Positions 1-7,851 of a stretch of DNA of 10,401 nt are shown here, in pieces. This stretch comes from Candidatus Woesearchaeota archaeon (GTDB taxonomy: Archaea; Nanobdellota; Nanobdellia; SCGC-AAA011-G17; GW2011-AR18). Within the stretch, counting starts at the first letter, position 1; the number at the start of each line of letters is the position of its first letter. A program made the position numbers and the translations under genes. The notes under the pieces were generated by a model. That model was given only the letters and a program-made list of their open reading frames with translations. It searched no databases and was not told the origin of the DNA. The DNA is taken from NCBI GenBank assembly GCA_018302765.1, contig JAGVZG010000015.1, positions 1 to 10,401 of the forward strand. Reading direction: 5' to 3'.

Positions 1-11
1 TATGAAAATTG

Positions 12-29
12 TTCTCAGGCATCTGAGAA
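12..29. repeat. Short perfect hairpin TTCTCAG-GCAT-CTGAGAA
   Basis: 12-18 is the exact reverse complement of 23-29, with a 4-nt loop. It lies in the sequence beyond the yhaM truncation point. Confidence 0.5.
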
Positions 30-82
30 AATATAATGCAAAAAAACGGGTGTTTGATGTGTTGACAAACGAAAATCTTTAA

Positions 83-649
83 TTATGCAACACAGCAATT
101 TAGAGTATGTTCCAGCAACCCTCCTTTGTAATTTTGGTGATAGTACATAGCTGCTGGAGATTCTGAAAATGATTTTACGAATTCATTGTCATTAAGAAAC
201 AAATCAAAAAGCATGTTTAAATGAGATTCGTTGACTGTTAATAGTATTCTTTTGATGTCAGACAACATTTGATCGATATTTTTACTTGTAGAAGAAACAA
301 AATCTTCTTCATCATATTCATCTGGTTTGCAGTTTCTTAACACCTCGGTTTCTCCATCCACGGATATAGAAAAAATACCGCTTCTGTGCGGATATTCCTG
401 TATAATTCCGCTGATATATATAACAGAACCCTCTTTCAATGAATTATAGAGATCATTGGTCAGATTTTCATCTTTTCCCCAGTATTTAGCAGTTATTTCG
501 CCTTTTTTATCAGCTAGTCTGATCTCAAACCATTTTCCAGTTTTTCCTTTATTTTTATAGTCAATCGGAGGTTTCTTGAATTTTATAGCGAAAGTGCTTT
601 CAACACGTTTTCCCTGCTCATTTAAGTCAGTAGTAAACTGGGGTTTCAT
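83..649 (-). pseudogene. yhaM: YhaM/Cbf1-like 3'-5' exoribonuclease (OB-fold + start of HD domain), 3'-truncated
   Basis: N-terminal OB-fold-like segment (WFEIRLADKKGEITAKYWG...GSVIYISGIIQEY) followed by the YhaM-type motif F..SPAA..YHQNYKGGLLEHTLN. The ORF stops 4 codons later (CCVA*), before the catalytic HD (LHDIGK-type) motif. No other minus-strand frame in 1-100 supplies that motif. Confidence 0.8.
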
Positions 650-670
650 GATATTTTAAAAACAGTAAAC

Positions 671-680
671 TTTTAATTAA
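671..680 (-). promoter_or_regulatory. Possible archaeal-type TATA box for the yhaM-like gene
   Basis: Minus strand reads TTAATTAAAA, 22-31 nt upstream of the ATG at 649. No Shine-Dalgarno precedes the ATG, and the spacing fits a leaderless transcript. Confidence 0.3.
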
Positions 681-687
681 CGCAAGC

Positions 688-708
688 AATCAAGATCCTG
701 GGTTGATT
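688..708. repeat. Inverted repeat AATCAA-N9-TTGATT (possible operator)
   Basis: 688-693 AATCAA is the exact reverse complement of 703-708 TTGATT. It lies in the divergent intergenic region. Confidence 0.4.
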
Positions 709-721
709 TCATTTTATGTAT

Positions 722-763
722 GATTTTTCAGCCTCCATTTTTGGATGGAGAACCTGAAAAATC
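722..763. repeat. Imperfect long inverted repeat / hairpin in divergent intergenic region
   Basis: GATTTTTCAG (722-731) pairs perfectly with CTGAAAAATC (754-763). Inner CTCCAT (733-738) pairs with ATGGAG (745-750) around a 6-nt loop. Confidence 0.65.
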
Positions 764-800
764 TTTTATTTTTCATAGATTGGAAGCAGTCGGTGTGTGG

Positions 801-820
801 GAAAAAGTAATTTATTAATA
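801..820 (+). promoter_or_regulatory. Possible archaeal BRE + TATA promoter for the operon
   Basis: Purine-rich GAAAAAG (801-807) followed by TTTATTAATA (811-820), about 21-30 nt upstream of the ATG at 841. No SD before the ATG, consistent with a leaderless mRNA. Confidence 0.4.
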
Positions 821-840
821 ATTAGCAACTAAGTCGTATC

Positions 841-3800
841 ATGAATGAAAATGGGGTGCACACCAAACTAAGAAAAGCATTACAAAGACATATTAATGAA
901 CTTAAATCTCCAGCGGATATTTATAACTTATTCAGGATTATCAACTATCCGGAAAAAGTTATCTTTGACACGACTTCTAAAAGAAAGAAATCAGCATTTG
1001 ACTTTAAAAAAGAGGATGAGCAGAGAATAAAGGAAATATATTCTGTTTTGAGTTTTGATGAAAACCTCCCTGTTTTTCTTTTGGAAGTTTCAACTCTAAC
1101 TTCGTCTTTTATAAGATCTGTGACAAACACACTTGACAAACAATATCTTCAATTTCTATTAATATTCTCTTCTGATTATTCAGAACTTGTTTTTGTTTTC
1201 CCTGATCGTGAGAAAGCTGAAGCAGGAAAACATAAGCTTAAGCTGACAAGGTTAATATTGAACAAAAATGAAATCCGTTATACAGATATCCAGACTCTTT
1301 CAGACATATGTTATGATGGGGAAGATAATTGGAGAGACATCTGGAGAAAATGGAAAAAAGCCTTCAGCGTTGAAAGAGTAACAGAAAACTTTTTTGAGGA
1401 TTATAAGAACATATTTTTTGCTTTGAGGAACGAACTACATAAACAGAACGTTCCAAGGAAGGAATCCCATGAATTTACATTGCAGTTTTTGAACAGGATA
1501 ATGTTTATTTATTTCATTTCAAAAAAGAAATGGCTTGAGTATCCAAGATTCATCGAATGGGTTTGGGGTTCTTATAAGAAATTGAATAAATACGGTTCTG
1601 ATGAATTTTACGAAAAATGGCTCAGGCAAATTTTCTTTAAGGCATTTAATAACCGCTCAAATGAATTGACAGGATTGCCGAATGATGTTTTAAAAGCAAT
1701 ATCCGGTTCGCCATATTTAAACGGTGGATTATTCAGGCAGAACGATCTGGACAATCTAAAAATAAAGATGAATGATAAGATGTTTCAGAGGATTTTTGAG
1801 TTCTTCGAAAAGTACAATTTTACGATAAAAGAGGATATGCCACTTGAATCGGAAGTTGCGGTTGACCCTCAAATGATAGGCTATGTTTACGAATCTCTGG
1901 CTTACGTCGGCGACGAAATTTACGATAGGAACGATTTGGGCATTTTCTACACGCCGAGAATTGAAGTTGATTTCATGTGCAAAAGAAGCTTGGTCGAATA
2001 TTTATCAAAAAGTTTGCCTGAAGTTCCAAAAGAAAAGTTTTATCACCTAATCTTCGACTTGCCGGAAGAAAAGGATAAAATAGAAAAGTGGTTTGCTAAA
2101 GAAAAAATGTGGAGAAAGTTAGAAGGCACCTTAGATAATCTATCTGTTATAGACCCTGCATGCGGTTCCGGAGCCTTTCTAGTCGGTATGCTTAATGTTG
2201 TTGCAGAAGTTTATAGAATAATAAACAAACATACAAATAGAACTCTGACGGATTTCCAATTGAAGAACAGGATAATACAATATTCTCTTTACGGCGTGGA
2301 TGTAATGCCGTGGGCGATCCACGCCGCAGAATTGAGGTTATGGCTGCAACTAATCGTCGAGACGGAATTCAAAAAGGACGAGTTAAGAAAAAACCCTTTA
2401 TTGCCTAATTTGAACCTTAATTTGAGGATTGGAGATTCTCTGGTTCAAGAGATAGGAGGAATAAACTTTAACCTGCGTGCAAATAACCTGAAACCCCATT
2501 TGAAAAAGAAGCTTGAAAATTTAAAGCAGGAAAAAAGGAAATACTTTGAAAACTCTCCAAACGCAAAATTCAAGACCCCCGAAGAAGTAAAAGCAGAAGA
2601 GATAAAACTTTTTGAGGAAATCATTGATGAAAGGGTTGAAAGTCTTGGAACAGACATTGAAGTCCTGAAGAACGATATAAAACGTAGTGGCAAGCAAACA
2701 TCATTATTTGGAGAGACTAAAGGCGACGTGGAGATTCTCGCAAAAGACAGGCAGAAGCGAGAGGAAAAGGAAAGAGAAATTCAGAAATGCCATGAAGAGA
2801 TCGAAAAGCTCAAGAAAATCAAAGTATTATTGAGAGACCCTGAAAAAAAGCCGTTTGTCTGGGATATTGACTTTGCAGAAATCTTCTCAGAAAAGAATGG
2901 ATTTGACATTGTTATTGGAAATCCACCTTATGTCAGGCAGGAGATGATTTCTCCGCCGAACAAAATGAAATCAGAAGTTACTCTTGAGGATAGGAAAGAG
3001 TATAAGGAGAAGCTAATCAATTCTGTTAAGAATTTATTTTCTGTCATTGATGATTTGAATAGAAAAAGTGACTATTACATCTATTTTTATTTTCATGGCT
3101 TGGGGCTATTGAACAAAACAGGAACATTCTGCTTCATAACTTCTAATTCTTGGCTTGATGTAGGCTATGGAAAAAATTTGCAGGAATTCCTTTGCAAGTA
3201 CGTTCCAGTAACTGCCATTTACGACAATCCTAAAAGAAGCTTTGCACACGCTGACGTAAACACTATAATTGCTTTATTTGGTGCTCCTGAAGTCAGACAG
3301 AGAAGCTTAGGCGACTGGGTTTCTGGCATGAATGGTGGGAATGAAACAATCTGGCCAAACATAAAACATACAGCAAAATTTGTCATGTTCAAGAAGCCGT
3401 TTGAAGAAGTTTTATCGGCAAAGAACTTAATTGAGATTGAAGAAGCAAAAGCAACAATAAAAAGGCAGGAGATTATTGAGCTTGTTAAGAATGTCTTAAA
3501 GACAGATGACTACAGAGTATTTCCAATAATTCAGGAGGATTTGCTTGAAGACGGCTGGGAATATCCTGAAAGCTACAAAAACGGCAGATTCAGAGCTGGA
3601 AGTTATGAAGGCAATAAATGGGGCGGAAAATACATCAGAGCTCCTGATATTTTCTATACAATTTTGGAGAAAGGAAAAAATAAGGTAATTATTCTAGGTA
3701 AAATAACCTCAAAAACTCGGAGAAATACGCTCCAAAATTTTGGAAACATAATAGAAGAAAAAGAAAATTATTCAAGAAATAACAATTATCCTTATTTATC

Positions 3801-4413
3801 TTCTGTTAAAGATATTGAAACAATTAAAGTTGATATAAGAAGTTTGCCGATATCCATCAAAAGAACCACAAAAAAACCAATAGAATACCCAATTGTAGAT
3901 GTTATCTCAAACAGATTCTTAGGAGAGAGATTGTTTTTTATAGAGGGGGGAAATTTCGTAATCAGTGATACTTTTTTTGTGGGATTTCTTAAGAAAAATT
4001 ATAATAAAGAAGATGTAGTAGCCTTACTTAATAGTTCTCTTTCTCTTTGTTTAACTGAAATAATTGGCAGAAAAAATTTGGGTGGTGGGCTTTTAACAAT
4101 TTATGGGCCAGAAATGAAAAATCTTATTTTATTAGATTCAAACAAATTAAGCAATAATGCAAAAGATAAGATTAATCTGATTTACAAAAAAATATCTAGG
4201 CGTCCTATTAAACCAATCTTTGAAGAACTCGGCATTAATCCCGTCAAGCCAATCCGTGAGCAGGAGCCAAAACCTCTTGCTGACAGGGCAGAGCTTGATA
4301 AGATTATTTTTGATGAATTGGGATTGACTAAAGAAGAGAGAAAAGAGGTTTACTGGTCTGTCTGCGAGCTTGTTAAGCAGAGGCTTGAAAAGGCGAGGAG
4401 TTTGAGGGATTAA
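841..4413 (+). CDS. Eco57I / Type IIG-like N6-adenine DNA methyltransferase with C-terminal target recognition region
   Basis: Motif I DPACGSGAF (2152-2178) precedes motif IV GNPPY (2917-2931), the gamma-class order. Other family-typical motifs: LNRIMFIYF, PYLNGGLF, DPQMIGYVYE, GIFYTPR, LYGVD, FITSNSWLDVGYG. Confidence 0.92.
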   Translation: MNENGVHTKLRKALQRHINELKSPADIYNLFRIINYPEKVIFDTTSKRKKSAFDFKKEDEQRIKEIYSVLSFDENLPVFLLEVSTLTSSFIRSVTNTLDKQYLQFLLIFSSDYSELVFVFPDREKAEAGKHKLKLTRLILNKNEIRYTDIQTLSDICYDGEDNWRDIWRKWKKAFSVERVTENFFEDYKNIFFALRNELHKQNVPRKESHEFTLQFLNRIMFIYFISKKKWLEYPRFIEWVWGSYKKLNKYGSDEFYEKWLRQIFFKAFNNRSNELTGLPNDVLKAISGSPYLNGGLFRQNDLDNLKIKMNDKMFQRIFEFFEKYNFTIKEDMPLESEVAVDPQMIGYVYESLAYVGDEIYDRNDLGIFYTPRIEVDFMCKRSLVEYLSKSLPEVPKEKFYHLIFDLPEEKDKIEKWFAKEKMWRKLEGTLDNLSVIDPACGSGAFLVGMLNVVAEVYRIINKHTNRTLTDFQLKNRIIQYSLYGVDVMPWAIHAAELRLWLQLIVETEFKKDELRKNPLLPNLNLNLRIGDSLVQEIGGINFNLRANNLKPHLKKKLENLKQEKRKYFENSPNAKFKTPEEVKAEEIKLFEEIIDERVESLGTDIEVLKNDIKRSGKQTSLFGETKGDVEILAKDRQKREEKEREIQKCHEEIEKLKKIKVLLRDPEKKPFVWDIDFAEIFSEKNGFDIVIGNPPYVRQEMISPPNKMKSEVTLEDRKEYKEKLINSVKNLFSVIDDLNRKSDYYIYFYFHGLGLLNKTGTFCFITSNSWLDVGYGKNLQEFLCKYVPVTAIYDNPKRSFAHADVNTIIALFGAPEVRQRSLGDWVSGMNGGNETIWPNIKHTAKFVMFKKPFEEVLSAKNLIEIEEAKATIKRQEIIELVKNVLKTDDYRVFPIIQEDLLEDGWEYPESYKNGRFRAGSYEGNKWGGKYIRAPDIFYTILEKGKNKVIILGKITSKTRRNTLQNFGNIIEEKENYSRNNNYPYLSSVKDIETIKVDIRSLPISIKRTTKKPIEYPIVDVISNRFLGERLFFIEGGNFVISDTFFVGFLKKNYNKEDVVALLNSSLSLCLTEIIGRKNLGGGLLTIYGPEMKNLILLDSNKLSNNAKDKINLIYKKISRRPIKPIFEELGINPVKPIREQEPKPLADRAELDKIIFDELGLTKEERKEVYWSVCELVKQRLEKARSLRD

Positions 4414-4415
4414 AA

Positions 4416-6647
4416 ATGGAAAATGGTAGCAAAGAAAATTATGAAAGATTGAATTTTGAACCAATTCAAATAGAAAGGATAGGTAGGATTATAAAAATTA
4501 AATCAAATTGGGAAGAAAATCAACACAAAAAATTTATGGACGATATAAAAAATAAACGCCCAAAATTTAAAAAAGAGATTGATGAAAAAATAGAAGAACT
4601 TTTAAAAATTGTTAAAGAATATAACCCACTTGAACTATTAACACCAATTTCTGTTCTTAACATTACTTCAGATCCTGAGAATTATACAGAAATTACTCAT
4701 AAAGGAAACGAATCTATAGTTGAATATTTACTAAGTATAATAACCTCTTTACCTTGTCCAGAAAATCCTAAAAAGCTGACACCTGAAATAATACAAAAAG
4801 CATTAGATATTTTGAATGATCTACAGAATAAAATTGTTTGGTATTATGGTAGTGAGGTAACAGAAGGGAAATATGACGAAAAAGAAGCAGAAATTAGGTT
4901 TAGGCTAATGAATTATAGTTTAATGGTGAGGGGGTCATCGTATCCACAGCATATAGAAAAGACATTTTTAGAGCTATTCTCTTCACATGATCAATTTCTG
5001 ACTCAAAAATTTGGTTTTTCAAGTGGACAATTTTTAAAATTTGTTAAGAAAGTTGAAAGTCAGTTAGAGGAAAATATCAATAAAAGTAGGGACGAAGGAT
5101 TAAGACCTCTTCAAAAAGCATTTGAAAACTTCAAGTCTTATGCAGAATGCCATAAAAGTCTAAATCCGCAACAATTAATAGAATCTTTTAAAGAAGAAAA
5201 CAAAGATATTATTGAAAAGAGTCAAAATAGTATCAACTATCTAAACGATCTGGGCGGTTCTAAAGTTTTTCAGATAAAATTTGATGATGTAACTGATAAG
5301 AAAATTCTTAAATCTGTTTCTATCGATTTTGGAGAAAATAAAAACTTCTTTGAAATTAGAGATTATAAATGCTGGTTCTTAAACCCCTCTTTGATATACG
5401 AGAAACCCATTATTGCTCGTCAGGATAGTTTCTTTTGTTTCTGTCCACAGATATTATTTAGGAACATAATCTTTATACTGGAAAAGCTTATTGAAAAAAA
5501 TGATAGTGACTATTTAAAAAAATTCTATGAATCACGAGACAAGTATCTCGAAAATAATGGAATTGAAATTATTTCTGGCATTTTAAAAGTCGATAAATCT
5601 AAAATTTACGGAAATCTCCATTATAATGGAATTGAATTAGATGGACTTATACCATATGATAATGCACTATTCATAATAGAATCTAAAGCAGGTAAGTTAT
5701 CTGAAAGTGCAAAACGTGGTTCTATTAAATCATTTATGAGTGACATGAAAAATGATTTGTTGGGAAAAGCCTATGAGCAAGGCAATCGAGCCTTGAATTA
5801 TATTAAGAAAAATAAAGAAGCTAAATTTTTTGATGAAAACGGAAATGAGATATTGAAAATCAAGAAAGATGATTATAGTTATTTCTTTGTTATATCTCTT
5901 TATTTTGAGCCAATCGGACATATAATTACCAATCTTTCGTTCATGGAAGAACTTGACATAGTCAGTAACGAGAAGCATTGGGCAGTATTCCTTAATGATT
6001 TAAGGGTTATATCAGAAATTATATATCATTCTTCTATGTTTGTTCATTATTTAACAAGACGTTTGGAAGTTAACAAATTCCCGCAATACAATTCATTTGA
6101 TGAACTAGATACATTTATGTTATATCTAAGAGAAGGTCTTTATTTTGAAGAAATGCCAGAAGGAGTTGATAATATACAATTTACAGGATATACTGAAGAT
6201 TTAGATAGTTTTTATTTGTATCTTGAAGGTAAAAGAAATAAAGTGGAAAAGCCTGCACAGAAAATGCCAGAATATTTCAGAAAACTAATTGAAAAATTAG
6301 AGAATGAAAAGCCTAAGCGTTTCTTAACAGCCTGTATCGAATTGTTAAATTGTGATGGGGAAACGAGAGAAAAGATAAGCGAACAAATAGAAAGATGTGA
6401 AGCGGACTATAAAAAAGATGGGAGGGTTCATTCTGTTTCATTAGTTTTCGAAAAGCCCGGATTAACACTGTTATTAAGCACTATACCTGAATCTGAATTA
6501 GGAAAACATTCTATGGAATGGTCTAAGAAATATTTACAAAATTCTAAAATAAAAAAAGTTGTAATAACTTATTGGAAACCGCAAATTACTTCAGAAGAGA
6601 ATTCTATAACTGTATTTGTTTTCAATAAAGATGGAGGTATGAGCTGA
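4416..6647 (+). CDS. Large uncharacterised protein with NERD-like PD-(D/E)xK nuclease domain
   Basis: Motif ELDGLI-x8-IIESK (5634-5687), preceded by helix RDKYLE and followed by AYEQG, fits a restriction-endonuclease-like fold. C-terminal YLTRR...DELDTFMLYL..GLYF block. The roughly 370-aa helical N-terminus is unassigned. Confidence 0.65.
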   Translation: MENGSKENYERLNFEPIQIERIGRIIKIKSNWEENQHKKFMDDIKNKRPKFKKEIDEKIEELLKIVKEYNPLELLTPISVLNITSDPENYTEITHKGNESIVEYLLSIITSLPCPENPKKLTPEIIQKALDILNDLQNKIVWYYGSEVTEGKYDEKEAEIRFRLMNYSLMVRGSSYPQHIEKTFLELFSSHDQFLTQKFGFSSGQFLKFVKKVESQLEENINKSRDEGLRPLQKAFENFKSYAECHKSLNPQQLIESFKEENKDIIEKSQNSINYLNDLGGSKVFQIKFDDVTDKKILKSVSIDFGENKNFFEIRDYKCWFLNPSLIYEKPIIARQDSFFCFCPQILFRNIIFILEKLIEKNDSDYLKKFYESRDKYLENNGIEIISGILKVDKSKIYGNLHYNGIELDGLIPYDNALFIIESKAGKLSESAKRGSIKSFMSDMKNDLLGKAYEQGNRALNYIKKNKEAKFFDENGNEILKIKKDDYSYFFVISLYFEPIGHIITNLSFMEELDIVSNEKHWAVFLNDLRVISEIIYHSSMFVHYLTRRLEVNKFPQYNSFDELDTFMLYLREGLYFEEMPEGVDNIQFTGYTEDLDSFYLYLEGKRNKVEKPAQKMPEYFRKLIEKLENEKPKRFLTACIELLNCDGETREKISEQIERCEADYKKDGRVHSVSLVFEKPGLTLLLSTIPESELGKHSMEWSKKYLQNSKIKKVVITYWKPQITSEENSITVFVFNKDGGMS

Positions 6648-6653
6648 TTAAAC

Positions 6654-7049
6654 ATGCCAAAATCAATAATTGTTGAAATTGAACCAGAAGTCCTGAAATG
6701 GCTTAGAGAGAGTTCTGGATGGAAAATAGAAGAAGTTGCCAAGAGAGTGAATACGATCGCTGAAGCTGTAGTGGAATTTGAATCCGGAAAAAAGTCTCCT
6801 ACACTAAAACAGCTGAAAATTTTATCTGCGTCATTCAAACGTCCATTGGCATCATTCTTTTTATCCAAACTAAAGGAAGAAAAGCCTTTGCCAAAGGATT
6901 ATAGATTTCTGCCAAACAAGAAAGGAATATTTGACAAAAAGACTATTCTTGCAATAAGAAAAGCCCGAAGATTGCAGAAAATAAGCAAAAAGGAGATGGA
7001 AAAAAATGAAACTATTCAACCGCCAAAAAATATTATTGAATGTTGTTGA
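6654..7049 (+). CDS. XRE/Cro-C1 HTH protein; resembles a truncated N-terminal part of an HTH-ImmA/IrrE (DUF955) fusion
   Basis: LKWLRESSGWKIEEVAK...EFESGKKSPTLKQLKILSASFKRPLASFFL is a classic XRE HTH. The following LPKDYR...ARRLQ linker is typical of HTH-ImmA/IrrE fusions, but no HExxH peptidase follows. The last 15 codons overlap the next gene. Confidence 0.75.
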   Translation: MPKSIIVEIEPEVLKWLRESSGWKIEEVAKRVNTIAEAVVEFESGKKSPTLKQLKILSASFKRPLASFFLSKLKEEKPLPKDYRFLPNKKGIFDKKTILAIRKARRLQKISKKEMEKNETIQPPKNIIECC

Positions 7050-7851
7050 AGAATTGAATGAGAAAAATATTAAATCACGAAGAGCTATTGTTAAATCTTT
7101 GTTTCTTCTTAAAGAGGAACATGGATTGGGAAAAGAGATACTATTCTATAATTTCTTCGCCTATAAACAAGGACCCTTTTCTCATTTATGTTTCCATGAC
7201 CTCAGAAAGTTGAGAGATAATAATTTCATCAACGAAGAAGAAACAACTATAACTATAGAAGGAAAAAAATTTCTAAATCAAATAGGAAGAAAACACGAAA
7301 ACACTATAAAAATAATGCTTAAAAATTTCTCGGATGAGAAGAAGATTATGGATTATGTATATAAAAAATATCCTCAATATACAATTAAAAGTGAAATGAT
7401 AGAACAGAAACAAAAAAAAGCATCTCCTAGATTTTTCACAATTGGATACGAAGGCAAAGACATAGACCTATTTTTAAATGTTTTAGTCAGTAATCGGATA
7501 GAATTGCTGATAGATGTAAGAAAAAATCCATTTAGTATGAATTTTATTTATATAAAAGGTGCTCTTATGAAAAAATTAAAAGATGCAGGTATCGATTATA
7601 TCCACATGCCGGAATTAGGCATAGAAAGTAAAGAACGGAAGAATCTACAGACAAAGGAAGACTATGAGAAATTATTTGAAAAATATAGAAAAGTTCTGCC
7701 TATGAATGAGGTTTATATCAATAGGATTATTGAGTTAGGAACAATCAAACGAATAGTTTTATTATGCTACGAGGCTGACTATAATTTATGTCACAGAAAA
7801 GAAATTTCCAAGATAATAGAAAATAAAGGTCATGGAATGGTAAATTTATGA
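7006..7851 (+). CDS. wHTH (SocA/Panacea/DarG-C-like) + DUF488 fusion protein
   Basis: N-terminal IVKSLFLL...YNFFAYKQGPFS (7147-7182) resembles SocA/DUF4065-type wHTH. C-terminal DUF488 hallmarks: TIGYEG (7438), LIDVR (7513-7521), YIHMPELG, LLCYE-x5-CHR (7765-7797). AGGAG lies upstream at 6990-6994. Confidence 0.85.
   Translation: MKLFNRQKILLNVVEELNEKNIKSRRAIVKSLFLLKEEHGLGKEILFYNFFAYKQGPFSHLCFHDLRKLRDNNFINEEETTITIEGKKFLNQIGRKHENTIKIMLKNFSDEKKIMDYVYKKYPQYTIKSEMIEQKQKKASPRFFTIGYEGKDIDLFLNVLVSNRIELLIDVRKNPFSMNFIYIKGALMKKLKDAGIDYIHMPELGIESKERKNLQTKEDYEKLFEKYRKVLPMNEVYINRIIELGTIKRIVLLCYEADYNLCHRKEISKIIENKGHGMVNL

Noticed and set aside
62-90. TTGACA as a sigma70 -35 element
   Set aside because: No acceptable -10 hexamer at 16-18 nt spacing, and it would point antisense into yhaM.
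79-99. Frameshifted continuation IAVLHN resembling the HD motif of YhaM
   Set aside because: It lies immediately after EHTL rather than about 25 residues later, has HN rather than HD, and is followed at once by a stop. Probably coincidental.
5554-5636. 14-bp direct repeat ATAATGGAATTGAA (5554-5567 and 5623-5636)
   Set aside because: In-frame NGIE codons in very AT-rich coding sequence, only two copies, and no array structure.
7006-7430. Calling the wHTH-DUF488 gene darG or a complete toxin-antitoxin system
   Set aside because: There is no macrodomain and no DarT-like ADP-ribosyltransferase or other recognisable cognate toxin. Only the GPFS wHTH similarity is visible.
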